In this document: in pieces, positions 19,076 to 28,979 of the stretch
How the letters are laid out: each line of letters begins with the position of its first letter
How positions within the stretch are numbered: position 1 is the stretch's first letter
Assembly (NCBI GenBank): GCA_002708695.1
Contig: PAOZ01000019.1
Coordinates: 3,065-67,064, forward strand
From: Methanobacteriota archaeon
GTDB lineage: Archaea > Thermoplasmatota > Poseidoniia > Poseidoniales > Thalassarchaeaceae
Direction: 5' to 3'
DNA: 64,000 nt
Notes under the pieces: generated by a model
What the model saw: only the letters and a program-made list of their open reading frames with translations
What the model was told of the DNA's origin: nothing
Databases searched by the model: none
Made by a program: the position numbers and the translations under genes

Positions 19076-20464
19076 GTGTCGGATAGAGATTGGTCAACAG
19101 TTACCTTCGAAAGAAGGTTGCAAATGGTGTATCATGGAATAATTATCGTAGCCATGGTAATTTTAGCTGCTCACTTACTAGAAGGTGTTCTAAAACCATT
19201 ATTCCTTGCCTTTGGACTATATTTCGTTCTTAAGCCAGGAGCAGATTGGCTAAACAATCATGGATTCAATACTTTGCAAGCAAATGGAACTATGCTCCTG
19301 TTATTGATTTTAGCACTTTCACTTATTGGGCTATTTGCTTGGTTACAAGTAGATGCATTTCTCTCTAATGAACAAAAAATTTCTGAATTAGAAGCAGCCT
19401 ATTCATCACTTCTTGTGAGATCTGAATCATGGCCAATTATTGGAGATTATATACAAAATATGGATACTTCTCAATCTCCTACTCAAATTCTTGAAGATAT
19501 GGGCATAGAAATTGGATCAGCAAGTCAATTAGCATCTCTTTCAGGTATGGTATTTTCATCACTAACAGTTTTATTCTTCTTACTCTTCATTATTTTTGAA
19601 GCAAATCTCTTACCAGGTAGAATCGAAGCCGCTTTCCCAGGAGATTCTTTGGGACGTTTTCAAAACATTTCAGATAAAGCAAGAGAGGGAATCAATACTT
19701 ACATCGTAGTAAAAACAGGCGTAAGCATTGGAACTGGAACATGTGCTGGAATAATTTGCTTGATTTTTGGTATTGAACTATGGTTTGTATGGGCTGTTGC
19801 TGCTATTGTTCTAAACTACGTGCCCTACATTGGTTCATTGATTGCTTCAGTTCCACCTGCTTTACTAGGAATGCTAATGATGAACGATGACCCTCTCAAT
19901 CTTTTACTATTCTTGGGTCTACTAATGGGGAATCAACAATTCTGGGGCGGATTAGTAGAAACAAAATGGGCTGGAGAAGCATTAGATCTTAGTCCGGTTC
20001 TATTACTGATTGTTGTAGCATTCTCTTATTGGCTTTGGGGAGTTGTTGGGATGGTTATATCTGTTCCATTTACAGTAATTATCAAAATTGTGCTAGATAC
20101 TGTAGAACAAACTAGGCCTTTGGCAGTATTAATGTCTGAAAGAAGTCCGGACCTGCAGAAAGTTTGGAATGATGCTCTAAGAGATGGAAGATTGGATGAC
20201 TGGGAATTTACACGTTTACTTGAACTACAAAGAAATCTGGAAATTGATGAGCAAGAAATGAATGTCGCTGCTGGAAGAGCTGCAATTGTTTCAGCATTAG
20301 AAAGAGGATCTCTAAGTCCTATCGAAAGAGAATTTGTGATTAGGTACGCAAAAAATACCAGTTTACGAAACAAAGCAACTGAGTTGTTGGTACCAGGTGC
20401 CCTCTCCCCTGCTTCAATTGAATTAATTGAAAGTTTGCTAGATGCAAAACAGGAAGAAGAATGA
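19076..20464 (+). CDS. AI-2E (PerM) family transporter with C-terminal TerB-like extension
   Basis: Multiple TMs; LNYVPYIG, LSPVLLL..WLWGVVGMVISVP. Confidence 0.85.
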   Translation: MSDRDWSTVTFERRLQMVYHGIIIVAMVILAAHLLEGVLKPLFLAFGLYFVLKPGADWLNNHGFNTLQANGTMLLLLILALSLIGLFAWLQVDAFLSNEQKISELEAAYSSLLVRSESWPIIGDYIQNMDTSQSPTQILEDMGIEIGSASQLASLSGMVFSSLTVLFFLLFIIFEANLLPGRIEAAFPGDSLGRFQNISDKAREGINTYIVVKTGVSIGTGTCAGIICLIFGIELWFVWAVAAIVLNYVPYIGSLIASVPPALLGMLMMNDDPLNLLLFLGLLMGNQQFWGGLVETKWAGEALDLSPVLLLIVVAFSYWLWGVVGMVISVPFTVIIKIVLDTVEQTRPLAVLMSERSPDLQKVWNDALRDGRLDDWEFTRLLELQRNLEIDEQEMNVAAGRAAIVSALERGSLSPIEREFVIRYAKNTSLRNKATELLVPGALSPASIELIESLLDAKQEEE

Positions 20465-20465
20465 A

Positions 20466-20675
20466 CTAAAGTTCACCAAGTTCCATCCACATTGCCATGT
20501 TTGCTGGATCATCCAAATCAGTAGGGTCCATTGACATCGCAGGACCATGATTTTGAGTCGGAGAGGTATAAGTTCCAACATTCGAATTGTAATTTTCAGA
20601 AGTTGAAACTCCTCTTCCTATTATCCAAAATAAGACTAGTAAAACAAATCCTAAACAAAAAAGAGTGTCCCACAT
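20466..20675 (-). CDS. Small single-TM hypothetical protein
   Basis: MWDTLFCLGFVLLVLFWII hydrophobic helix; fills the gap after the upstream membrane gene. Confidence 0.5.
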   Translation of the reverse strand: MWDTLFCLGFVLLVLFWIIGRGVSTSENYNSNVGTYTSPTQNHGPAMSMDPTDLDDPANMAMWMELGEL

Positions 20676-20694
20676 GTAATCGTACCTAATTAAA

Positions 20695-22197
20695 TCAATT
20701 GTAATCATCCCAATTAGTTCCATTCCACCATTGGGTCGAACCATCGCTCATGTTCCGCCATGTATGTCCTGATTCATCAGTCCACTGTTGGATGACTTCA
20801 ATTATTTTTTCTTCAATAGCAGGTGCTTCTGAATTATTAGATAAAAAAGAATCCTCAATTTGCTTTACTCTTTCGTTATTAATTCCATAAGCGGATGCTA
20901 AAGTAACAAGTAAAGAACGTTCATTTTCTGTAATAGAACCATCCTTCATTGATTTAGCATATTGTTCTAGATACTCTATCTCTTCAGGAGAATATTCACT
21001 AGGAATTAATTGTCCTGAAAAACCATCAATTAACCCAAGAATCGGTTTCCTTACAACTAAGAAACCAAGACCAATTACTACTCCACCTGCTAATCCAAAA
21101 CCAAGGACATTTTCCATTATCTCGCTTGATAAAATGAATAGAAATGCTCCAAAACCTGTGAATACAGCATTTCGAAATGTCTTCCTCAAATTCTGATCAA
21201 TCCCGAAAACCGAGTCCTTAAGCGACGCATGAACGAACATCATTGCCTCAAACGCTAGTCCAATCGGTCCAAAAGCGAAACATAAAGTGAACAAGAAATA
21301 CTTGAATCGTGACATGAACGTGCGCTCGGCATATCTCCATAGCATTTCATCTTGGAAATTAGGGACTATTCCTCCGTTTAAAATCGGCAAAATAAGTATT
21401 AGAGTGGTGAAAAACAACACGCTTCCAATCACTTTCCCTAAAAATCCGATGTAGAATGAACGTGAAACTTGGCTCTCATTCTTTACTTGCTCAGTATCCG
21501 AATTCTTCCGAATTGATGATCGGATGAACAATAAGGCAACGATAGAAACTGGTGTTTGAGAAAATACAATCAGCCATATCCCTGCCGGTTCATCTCCGAG
21601 TGTGATATCGAATGCAGCAGGACAAGTACCAATTGCAGTTAATCCACTCTGTATAGTAGGGGCAGATGAAGTACCAAGGAATTCGTAAACCACTGGATCG
21701 GCCCCTGCCATAGTACATTCAATCCATGAAAGATTATCCACAGCGAATGGAGGAAGTCCCTGAATCATCAGCCATATCGCTATTCCAAAAACAATTGGTA
21801 AGTACCAAGCATGTTTCTGCAAGCCCTCTCGATACATGAAACCCAAGCCCCTAATCTTGTAATAGACTGGAAAACAAAGATAGAGAAAAATTGCAGCAAT
21901 CTGCATAGAGAAAAAGAAATCGAATTTGATATTCCATGCTACAATCCAGAATGAATTCCACTCATGCATCCAAGGGAATACCTCCAATGCGATCCATAGA
22001 TTCTTGAATCCCTCAACAGAAAGTAATGTTGCAATAAAACGATTCTGAGGTGATTTAGAATTGGCTCTCCAAACAAGATAAGCGAGAGCGAACAACCACA
22101 GCATAACCAATAAGGTTGCAATATTGATTGTCATCCTCAAACCAAAGAGTAATTCAGAACTAAATGCCCTAGAATAGTACTCTGCAAGAGAGGTCAT
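20695..22197 (-). CDS. Multi-TM membrane protein (7TM sensor-like N-terminus) with TerB-like and Trp-rich cytoplasmic tail
   Basis: About 9 hydrophobic segments; VWRANSKSPQNRF loop typical of HisKA_7TM-type sensors; TTATAT 29 nt before ATG 22197. Confidence 0.6.
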   Translation of the reverse strand: MTSLAEYYSRAFSSELLFGLRMTINIATLLVMLWLFALAYLVWRANSKSPQNRFIATLLSVEGFKNLWIALEVFPWMHEWNSFWIVAWNIKFDFFFSMQIAAIFLYLCFPVYYKIRGLGFMYREGLQKHAWYLPIVFGIAIWLMIQGLPPFAVDNLSWIECTMAGADPVVYEFLGTSSAPTIQSGLTAIGTCPAAFDITLGDEPAGIWLIVFSQTPVSIVALLFIRSSIRKNSDTEQVKNESQVSRSFYIGFLGKVIGSVLFFTTLILILPILNGGIVPNFQDEMLWRYAERTFMSRFKYFLFTLCFAFGPIGLAFEAMMFVHASLKDSVFGIDQNLRKTFRNAVFTGFGAFLFILSSEIMENVLGFGLAGGVVIGLGFLVVRKPILGLIDGFSGQLIPSEYSPEEIEYLEQYAKSMKDGSITENERSLLVTLASAYGINNERVKQIEDSFLSNNSEAPAIEEKIIEVIQQWTDESGHTWRNMSDGSTQWWNGTNWDDYN

Positions 22198-22283
22198 ATC
22201 TATCCGGAAACATAAGAAGAATATAATGGAAGTGTATAGGTACTCAATATCTCTAAGAACGTTAGAATTCAATTTCAATCCGC

Positions 22284-23465
22284 ATGGCAGGTTACCTAGA
22301 CCGGATTGGTGCAGGCAAAATCCTAGTGGATTCAGAGCCTCTTTCATTCGATTGGTTGCCAAATGAATTAGTTGGGAGAGATGATGCATTAGGCGAAATT
22401 GCATCAATGTTCATGGGTATTGAATCTCCTAATTTTAGTGGAAGAGCTATCGTAATTGGTCCAGTAGGAAGTGGGAAAACAGCAATCGTTCGACGATTTT
22501 CAGACGATTTAACGAAACATCTTGTAGATACTCGGCGTATACTTCCTGTTCACATTAATTGCAGGAATCACCCCACAACATCTCAAGTTCTACAACGTAT
22601 CGCTCAACATCTAGATCATCGACATCCAGAAAGGGGTTTCAGTCCAGGAGAAATAATTCAAAGTATACGAAGAAATTTACAAAATAGTGGCAGACATATG
22701 CTTCTTGTCTTAGATGAAGTAAGTGTACTTTTACAAAGAGAAGGTGATAATCTATTGTATCAACTTCTACGTATTGATGAAGGTAGAGAAGAAACAGGAA
22801 CACTATCCCTAATCCTAGTTAGTCAAGAACCAATGGTGCATTTGTTTGAAGCAGCGGTCAAATCAAGATTTGGCCAAAGTAATCGTATCAAACTTAATCC
22901 ATACAAAGAAGAAGGATTACGAGCAATTGTGGAACAAAGAACATCAGCAGCATGTAGGAAAGGAAGTGTACGGGATGATGCGAAATCAAGAATCGCTGGA
23001 TTCGCTGCAGAAACAGGAGATGCTAGACTGGCCATCGAACTACTGGAAAGTGCAATCAGACGTGCAGAAAAAAAGGGTGAAAACGAAGTCTCTCCTGAAC
23101 ATGTAGAACCAAGTAGCACACGTGGAGCAGGTATTGAACCTGATATGGTTGATAGCCTAAATAATCATCAAAAGATGTGCTTACTCGCACTTTGTCGCCG
23201 TTTACGGCGAGAAGAATCGGTAACAAGTGGTGACGCGGAACGTCTGTATCATGTTGTGTGCGAAGAATTTGAACAAGAATCAAGAGGGCATACTTCATTT
23301 TGGGGATATATCAAACGTCTTGAAGAAATAGGATTTATACTCGCAGAGACTAGCAATACCCCGAAAGGGCGAGGTAGAACAACACTAATTCGTGCTGCAA
23401 ATATACTCCCTGCAACAGTTGAAAAAAGACTCGAAAAGGACCTGAATCGAACTAGTATTGTGTAA
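22284..23465 (+). CDS. cdc6: Orc1/Cdc6 family replication initiation ATPase
   Basis: LPNELVGRD, GPVGSGKT, INCR, VLDE, GDARLAI, winged helix GRGRT. Confidence 0.92.
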   Translation: MAGYLDRIGAGKILVDSEPLSFDWLPNELVGRDDALGEIASMFMGIESPNFSGRAIVIGPVGSGKTAIVRRFSDDLTKHLVDTRRILPVHINCRNHPTTSQVLQRIAQHLDHRHPERGFSPGEIIQSIRRNLQNSGRHMLLVLDEVSVLLQREGDNLLYQLLRIDEGREETGTLSLILVSQEPMVHLFEAAVKSRFGQSNRIKLNPYKEEGLRAIVEQRTSAACRKGSVRDDAKSRIAGFAAETGDARLAIELLESAIRRAEKKGENEVSPEHVEPSSTRGAGIEPDMVDSLNNHQKMCLLALCRRLRREESVTSGDAERLYHVVCEEFEQESRGHTSFWGYIKRLEEIGFILAETSNTPKGRGRTTLIRAANILPATVEKRLEKDLNRTSIV

Positions 23466-23532
23466 TTTTTGACCTCTTCAGCAGCGAACCGCTCTTATAG
23501 GGGTCAATGGTCGGCGAAACGCAGTGAGTACC

Positions 23533-24027
23533 ATGGCCGACGATCGAGTGTTCAAAGCCGTCGTAAATGATTCCACTACAAAATTGGAGAGGAAGAATGC
23601 TAAGGACGAGGTCCGAACATATTCTCCATCATACCAGACCGATGTTGAAGGAAATAACTACAACGCATTACTGGGGAAAAAAATCGGGGATGAAATACCT
23701 GGAGAAAATGTCCATGAAGATATGACTGGATACACACTAAAAGTCACCGGTGGAAGTGACAAGACAGGTACACCAATGCGCAGCGACCTACATGGAGGCG
23801 GAGTAAACGCAGTCCTTGTGGGTCCAGGTGTAGGATACAAAGGGAAACGCTACGTAAGAAAGAATGGAAAGGTGTACCGTTACAAATACGGAGGAATCCG
23901 ACGACGAAGAAATCTGCGTGGAAATACAATTTCCACAGATACACGACAAATCAACCTCACAGTCGTAAAGAAGGGATCAAGACCTCTTGGCGACATCTTC
24001 GGAGCCGGCGATGAAGGCTCTGAGTGA
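23533..24027 (+). CDS. rps6e: 30S ribosomal protein S6e
   Basis: LLGKKIGD, LKVTGGSDKTGTPMR, RRRNLRGNTI, QINL. Confidence 0.93.
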   Translation: MADDRVFKAVVNDSTTKLERKNAKDEVRTYSPSYQTDVEGNNYNALLGKKIGDEIPGENVHEDMTGYTLKVTGGSDKTGTPMRSDLHGGGVNAVLVGPGVGYKGKRYVRKNGKVYRYKYGGIRRRRNLRGNTISTDTRQINLTVVKKGSRPLGDIFGAGDEGSE

Positions 24028-24045
24028 TTGAGGAGTGGGTGAAGC

Positions 24046-25281
24046 CTGGCAATACTTCCCCGACAACCGGAAGTAAACATTGGTTTGGTTGGACATGTCG
24101 ACCATGGGAAGACAACTCTAACAAGAGCACTTTCCGGAACTTGGACAGATACACACTCAGAAGAAAGAAAACGAGGTATCTCAATAAAACTAGGATATGC
24201 GGATACCGCGTTCTATTGTACAAAAGATGGGCAATATTATCCGATGGGTAAGCGTCCAGATGGAAATAAAGACAAACAAGAAGAGTTACAGAGAACTGTA
24301 TCTTTTGTTGATGCGCCTGGTCACGAGACCTTGATGGCAGTAATGATTTCAGGTGCTTCAATAATGGATGGAGCTCTTCTTCTCATTGCTGCAAACGAAC
24401 AATGCCCGCAACCTCAAACTAGAGAACACTTGGCAGCACTACAGATAGCAGGGATTGAGAATATAGTCATAGTCCAAAATAAAGTAGATTTAGTTACTAG
24501 AGAAAGAGCAATTGAATCCTACAAAGAAATAACTGAATTTGTTTCTGGAACAATTGCAGAAAAGGCACCAATTATTCCTGTATCTGCTCACCATGATGTA
24601 AATCTAGACATCTTAATCCAAGCTATTGAAGCACAAATACCGACCCCAAATAGAGGAAATGAAGATGGAATGATGCACATTGCTAGATCTTTCGATATCA
24701 ATCGTCCTGGAACTAGGCCAAATGGTCTGAAAGGAGGGATTATTGGTGGGTCCATAGTAAGAGGAAAATTCTCCAAGGGAGATGACGTAGTTATTGCACC
24801 TGGTAGAAGATCAACACAAGGTTCCAAACAAAGATGGACTCCTATAGAAACTAGAATTATGTCGATGAAAGGAGGAGGACTAGACCTTGAAGAAATGAAC
24901 GCAGGGGGCCTTTGTGGTATTTCGACACCTTTGGATCCTGCTATGACAAAAGCAGATAATCTGTCTGGACAAGTAATGGCTCGAAAAGGAGAATTACCTC
25001 CCATTTGGGAAGAAATGTCATTGGATCTAACATTATTGGAAAGAATGGTCGCAAGCGAAGAAGGAAAAGCAGACAAAGTAAAGCCACTAGCTCTAAATGA
25101 AATGTTGATGGTAAATGCAGCAACTGCTACCTCTGTAGGAGTAGTAAACAAGGTCTCCAAAGGAGTAACAACATTAAGTTTGAGACTTCCAATTTGTGCT
25201 CCAATAGGGAGTAGAGTTACCCTATCAAGAAGGATTGACTCTCGATGGCGTCTTATCGGACACGGAACAATCTCAGGGTGA
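24046..25281 (+). CDS. eif2g: Translation initiation factor 2 gamma subunit (probable non-canonical CTG start)
   Basis: QPEVNIGLVGHVDHGKTT, RGISIKLGY, DAPGHE, NKVD, RWRLIG; conserved QPEVNIG lies upstream of the TTG at 24085; in-frame TGA at 24040-24042. Confidence 0.93.
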   Translation: MAILPRQPEVNIGLVGHVDHGKTTLTRALSGTWTDTHSEERKRGISIKLGYADTAFYCTKDGQYYPMGKRPDGNKDKQEELQRTVSFVDAPGHETLMAVMISGASIMDGALLLIAANEQCPQPQTREHLAALQIAGIENIVIVQNKVDLVTRERAIESYKEITEFVSGTIAEKAPIIPVSAHHDVNLDILIQAIEAQIPTPNRGNEDGMMHIARSFDINRPGTRPNGLKGGIIGGSIVRGKFSKGDDVVIAPGRRSTQGSKQRWTPIETRIMSMKGGGLDLEEMNAGGLCGISTPLDPAMTKADNLSGQVMARKGELPPIWEEMSLDLTLLERMVASEEGKADKVKPLALNEMLMVNAATATSVGVVNKVSKGVTTLSLRLPICAPIGSRVTLSRRIDSRWRLIGHGTISG

Positions 25282-25285
25282 GATT

Positions 25286-25645
25286 TTGCCGGACTTGTTA
25301 ATTGATGCATGTGGTTGGGTTGCAGTAGTAGATTCAGGTATGAATATCGATCTTGAAATAAAGAGAACAATTGGACCTAGTCATTGGATTATTCCTAATC
25401 AAGTTAAGGAAGAATTAGAAAAAATGGGAGAACAACACGGTGATTTATTGTTGGATTTATTATTTACTAGAGCTGAAGTAATTATATCTGAAAATAAACA
25501 TACAGATGATGCGTTGTTGTCTTTGGCGAAAAACACTGGGGCAAGAGTTCTAACAGTAGATAAAGAACTCAAACGAAGATTAATCGCACAAGGATGCGGA
25601 TATCTAGAAGTTGTGAAAGAGAGAACACTTCGTTTGATTGAATAA
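25286..25645 (+). CDS. PIN-domain ribonuclease-like protein (Fcf1/Utp24-like)
   Basis: LLIDAC, HTDDALL, TVDKELK; usual neighbour of aIF2-gamma; GGGTGA SD before TTG 25286. Confidence 0.8.
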   Translation: MPDLLIDACGWVAVVDSGMNIDLEIKRTIGPSHWIIPNQVKEELEKMGEQHGDLLLDLLFTRAEVIISENKHTDDALLSLAKNTGARVLTVDKELKRRLIAQGCGYLEVVKERTLRLIE

Positions 25646-25936
25646 TCATGGTAAAGTGAAAAGATGATCATCTCCATGTCCATCAAGCCAACCAATTCGA
25701 ACTCCTGCATCTATCCAAGCGTGAGCATAGTATATCGCTCCGAATGCTCGGACATGGTCTCCATTTTCTAAGAAATGTAGAGCATCTTTACAATAATCAT
25801 CACACATATTCAACATATCCTGTAAACGAATACCCTCAGAAGATGCAAGATCAACAATAGGGGTGGCTTTCTCTCTAGCAGCATTTGTTAGAGCAAGTGC
25901 CTCCAAAACCTTCTCTCTTGAAACTTCTATATTCAT
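25646..25936 (-). CDS. DUF357 family protein
   Basis: YCKDALHFLENGDHVRAFGAIYYAHAWIDAG signature. Confidence 0.88.
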   Translation of the reverse strand: MNIEVSREKVLEALALTNAAREKATPIVDLASSEGIRLQDMLNMCDDYCKDALHFLENGDHVRAFGAIYYAHAWIDAGVRIGWLDGHGDDHLFTLP

Positions 25937-26967
25937 TATTCTGAACCCTCCTGCAGTCCCAATACTCTTCTAACATCCTCTTCTCTACCTAATGCACGAT
26001 AAAGTTCCAAAGCCCTAGACCAAAGTCCTTCTTCTTCTGCTTCCTGAGCAGATTCAAACATCGAAGTTCTCTGCATCCAATCCAAACGTCTTCGCTCTTC
26101 AGTCTGTAATGATCTAAGATTTTCCATCCTCGCTCCACTAAGTGATGGAGATTCACTCCATCGGATTAATCCTTCACGAGTTGCTGAAACGATAACACCT
26201 GAACCATCTGAATGAATAATATCTACGCAATCTTCTCCAAATCCAGCATCTGTATCTTCTATCGAATGATATATTCGGCCTTCAAGGTCCATAATCCACC
26301 AACCATCTCCTGCTCTAATAGCACGGTGAGGATCTATTCCACCATCAGAAATACGGGATATCTCATCCCATCCAAACGGATTTGGTACCCCCTCAAATAA
26401 TGCTCCTGATGAATCCAACATTAGCATCCTTCCATTTGATAATCTGCTGCACCATGTCCAACGACGATTTTCTATGATTCTTTGAGCATGCTCACCATGC
26501 AATCGAACACATCGGAGTTGGCCATCGTGATCTAAACAAAGAAGATGTTCTCTATCCATCCATCCAACAATCATACGAGTGAGGCCAACGCGAAGACGAC
26601 GAACTCCTCTTCCATTTTCTCTAAAGAGGTGTAAGTGGTCTCCTCTATCTGGGGCAATCCATCCACCTCCTGTACGATATATTGCCTCTCGATAACCACC
26701 TGGAATAGAGCGACCATCACTAAGTGGGGCCCCTGTGCTACGATTCAAGACATGAATCGAAGTGCCGGTCAATAGAGCAACACTTGATCCGGATGATTCT
26801 ACTGAATAAGTATCGAAAATATAGTCGCTTCTCCAAGCAGTAGTCCCATCGGAACGTAAAGCAACCAAAGATTGTCCTGTACAAATCAACATCCCATTTG
26901 AATCAACCTTTACATCATTCACTGGTCCTTCTATCTGATGACTCCATGCAACTCGCCATTCACTCAT
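25936..26967 (-). CDS. PQQ/WD40-like beta-propeller protein with C-terminal TPR-like helices
   Basis: Repeated short beta strands with W/DG turns; AQEAEEEGLWSRALELY; coupled to both neighbours. Confidence 0.55.
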   Translation of the reverse strand: MSEWRVAWSHQIEGPVNDVKVDSNGMLICTGQSLVALRSDGTTAWRSDYIFDTYSVESSGSSVALLTGTSIHVLNRSTGAPLSDGRSIPGGYREAIYRTGGGWIAPDRGDHLHLFRENGRGVRRLRVGLTRMIVGWMDREHLLCLDHDGQLRCVRLHGEHAQRIIENRRWTWCSRLSNGRMLMLDSSGALFEGVPNPFGWDEISRISDGGIDPHRAIRAGDGWWIMDLEGRIYHSIEDTDAGFGEDCVDIIHSDGSGVIVSATREGLIRWSESPSLSGARMENLRSLQTEERRRLDWMQRTSMFESAQEAEEEGLWSRALELYRALGREEDVRRVLGLQEGSE

Positions 26968-28979
26968 TCATCCACCTCCGTTAATAGCCGCGATGCAGCG
27001 GCTGTCATTCTATACCATCGAGTCCTACCTTCTTTGCGAACAGAGAGGAATCCATGTTTTCTTAAATCATTAAAAATCTGAGATAATCGTGAACGTCCAA
27101 CCTGTAATCTTGCTTGTAAAGCATCATCACTTGGAGATATATCCCTAGTTGTAGCTGCCGTTAAAACAACTACATCGGCATCTGAAACCTCTCTTAGACG
27201 ATCGGGGCGAAGAGGTGCATCTGGATCCCAACGGGGAGAACGCAATGAATTAAGTCCCCGAAGAATGTCTTCGGGCGAAGCCCTAGGAACTGATTCGGAT
27301 GAAGGGATAACAGAAGATTTCTGATTCTGAGAAGGAGGTTCGGAACCGGCTTCAACCCAAAGATCGGCTCCCTCAGAGGTTAAATCAGGAGGCCGAGAAG
27401 CCATAGGATTGGGTACTAAATTATTGGAAATCGGAGAAGAGATGTTGCTATCATCAATTGGTTCGACAAAGGCAGGAGGTTTATCTGTAGAAGAATAAGG
27501 ATCAATTATTTCAGGAGTCGGTAATGGATCAATTCCCATAATTTCGGACGTAGGGGGGTTAGGAGGGAGGTTTGCATCAATACGTGCAGTCATTTCTTTA
27601 CTCCTCGCAGATAATCCGTATATTCCTCCCCTTTTTGGAGGAGGAGGGGGTTTTACCACAATATCATTGACTGGCGATACGGAATTTGAAATTGGTAGTT
27701 CATCTTCAATAAATTCGATTAAATCCTCGGAATCAGGTAAAGATGTTATATCTGTTTCAGGATATGATGAAGACACTTCCATATCTGCTTCTCTAGATGC
27801 CTTTTCCCAAGCAGCAAAAGGCTCCAATTGCTCAGGCTCATCTTCTGTCTCAAGATATAGAGGATCTCCTTCGAAATCGTCGAATCCTCCACGTGAAGCG
27901 AAATGGACTGCTTCATCGTCCCATCCAACTTCACTATCCATACTATCGGAATCATCTAACATTAGAGAATCCACAATAGGCTCAAATTTTGAATTTGAAG
28001 CAGGCGCTGGTTCAACAATAGATTCTGTTTGAATTGTAGTTCCTTGAAGCCAAGCATCATATTCGTCCTCTACTTTATCTGTAGAAGAAGGAGAAGTTGG
28101 AGAAAATAATGGACGTGAGATTTCAGGAGCAGGGATGTGTTGAGGCGTAGCAGAAAATTCATCACGATTTGGCAATTCTGATTCATGTACTTCAGGATAA
28201 GTCGATACGTCTACTGAAAGAAATTCAGGAGGAAGTTGCCCCTCAGGATCTCGAAGATAAAGGAGATGTCGATGTAGTTGACGATTTATTGTTGATGGAT
28301 TACCTCGAGAATATGAATGAAGTTTGGTTAATTCAGTCGAATCTGTAACTATTGTCTCATTTGAGACGGTTCCCATGCGTTTATCGATAAATTGGCGGAT
28401 GTCACTCTGATTTAATGGCTCCAAATAATGAATCATGTCAAACGAGTCATGTAGAGAACGATCCCACGTGGTCATCTGGTCACTTCTTACAGCAAACACT
28501 ACCATTGCCCGCATTCTTCTTAATACAGGTATAAGTTCCTCAACTAACGACATCAATTCTTGTGATTTCGGTGATTTATAATCAAGTGCAACCAATGGAA
28601 GAGGGCCTTGAATCGAATTTAGGTGACTTGTTAACTCATTGGCTACAGCTTGAGGAGTAGGAGGAGTTTTGAAACCCCCCATCAAACCTACCAAAGCCTC
28701 ATCCAAGAATCTAGAAATGGGGTCTGATGGTGCCCAAATTGACCCTATGTGTCTCGAATCTAGAGGGGAAAGGCATTGTAATAGACTAGTTCTACCAGAA
28801 CCAGATTCTCCAACAATCAAATGGATTCCTGGTTGTCTATTCATTATATCGCTGGCAAGACAGGTGACGATTTTTTCTCTGCCAACTAGGAGATTCTTGT
28901 GTTCATGCTCAAGCGGAGACTGAGTGAAAGGGTTTCCTCGCACTAGAGGGCCACTCGGTAAGTGCTCCGCGCCTGACAT
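26964..28979 (-). CDS. ExeA-like AAA+ domain (degenerate), long acidic/Pro-rich linker and C-terminal winged HTH
   Basis: NPF..LVGRE, GESGSGRT, LEPLNQSDIRQFI..RM, SRGNPS; VGRSRLSQIFNDLRKHGFLSVRKEGRTRWY; TTTATA 28 nt before ATG 28979. Confidence 0.7.
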   Translation of the reverse strand: MSGAEHLPSGPLVRGNPFTQSPLEHEHKNLLVGREKIVTCLASDIMNRQPGIHLIVGESGSGRTSLLQCLSPLDSRHIGSIWAPSDPISRFLDEALVGLMGGFKTPPTPQAVANELTSHLNSIQGPLPLVALDYKSPKSQELMSLVEELIPVLRRMRAMVVFAVRSDQMTTWDRSLHDSFDMIHYLEPLNQSDIRQFIDKRMGTVSNETIVTDSTELTKLHSYSRGNPSTINRQLHRHLLYLRDPEGQLPPEFLSVDVSTYPEVHESELPNRDEFSATPQHIPAPEISRPLFSPTSPSSTDKVEDEYDAWLQGTTIQTESIVEPAPASNSKFEPIVDSLMLDDSDSMDSEVGWDDEAVHFASRGGFDDFEGDPLYLETEDEPEQLEPFAAWEKASREADMEVSSSYPETDITSLPDSEDLIEFIEDELPISNSVSPVNDIVVKPPPPPKRGGIYGLSARSKEMTARIDANLPPNPPTSEIMGIDPLPTPEIIDPYSSTDKPPAFVEPIDDSNISSPISNNLVPNPMASRPPDLTSEGADLWVEAGSEPPSQNQKSSVIPSSESVPRASPEDILRGLNSLRSPRWDPDAPLRPDRLREVSDADVVVLTAATTRDISPSDDALQARLQVGRSRLSQIFNDLRKHGFLSVRKEGRTRWYRMTAAASRLLTEVDE

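Noticed and set aside
22198-22283. Replication origin beside cdc6
   Set aside because: Only 86 bp, no repeated ORBs or extended AT-rich unwinding element seen
24024-24251. 75-aa alternate-frame ORF over the eif2g start
   Set aside because: No recognisable motifs; conserved residues are all in the eif2g frame. A regulatory role is not excluded but is unsupported
24588-25370. 260-aa antisense ORF and other short antisense ORFs in the track
   Set aside because: Shadows of well-supported genes with no motifs of their own
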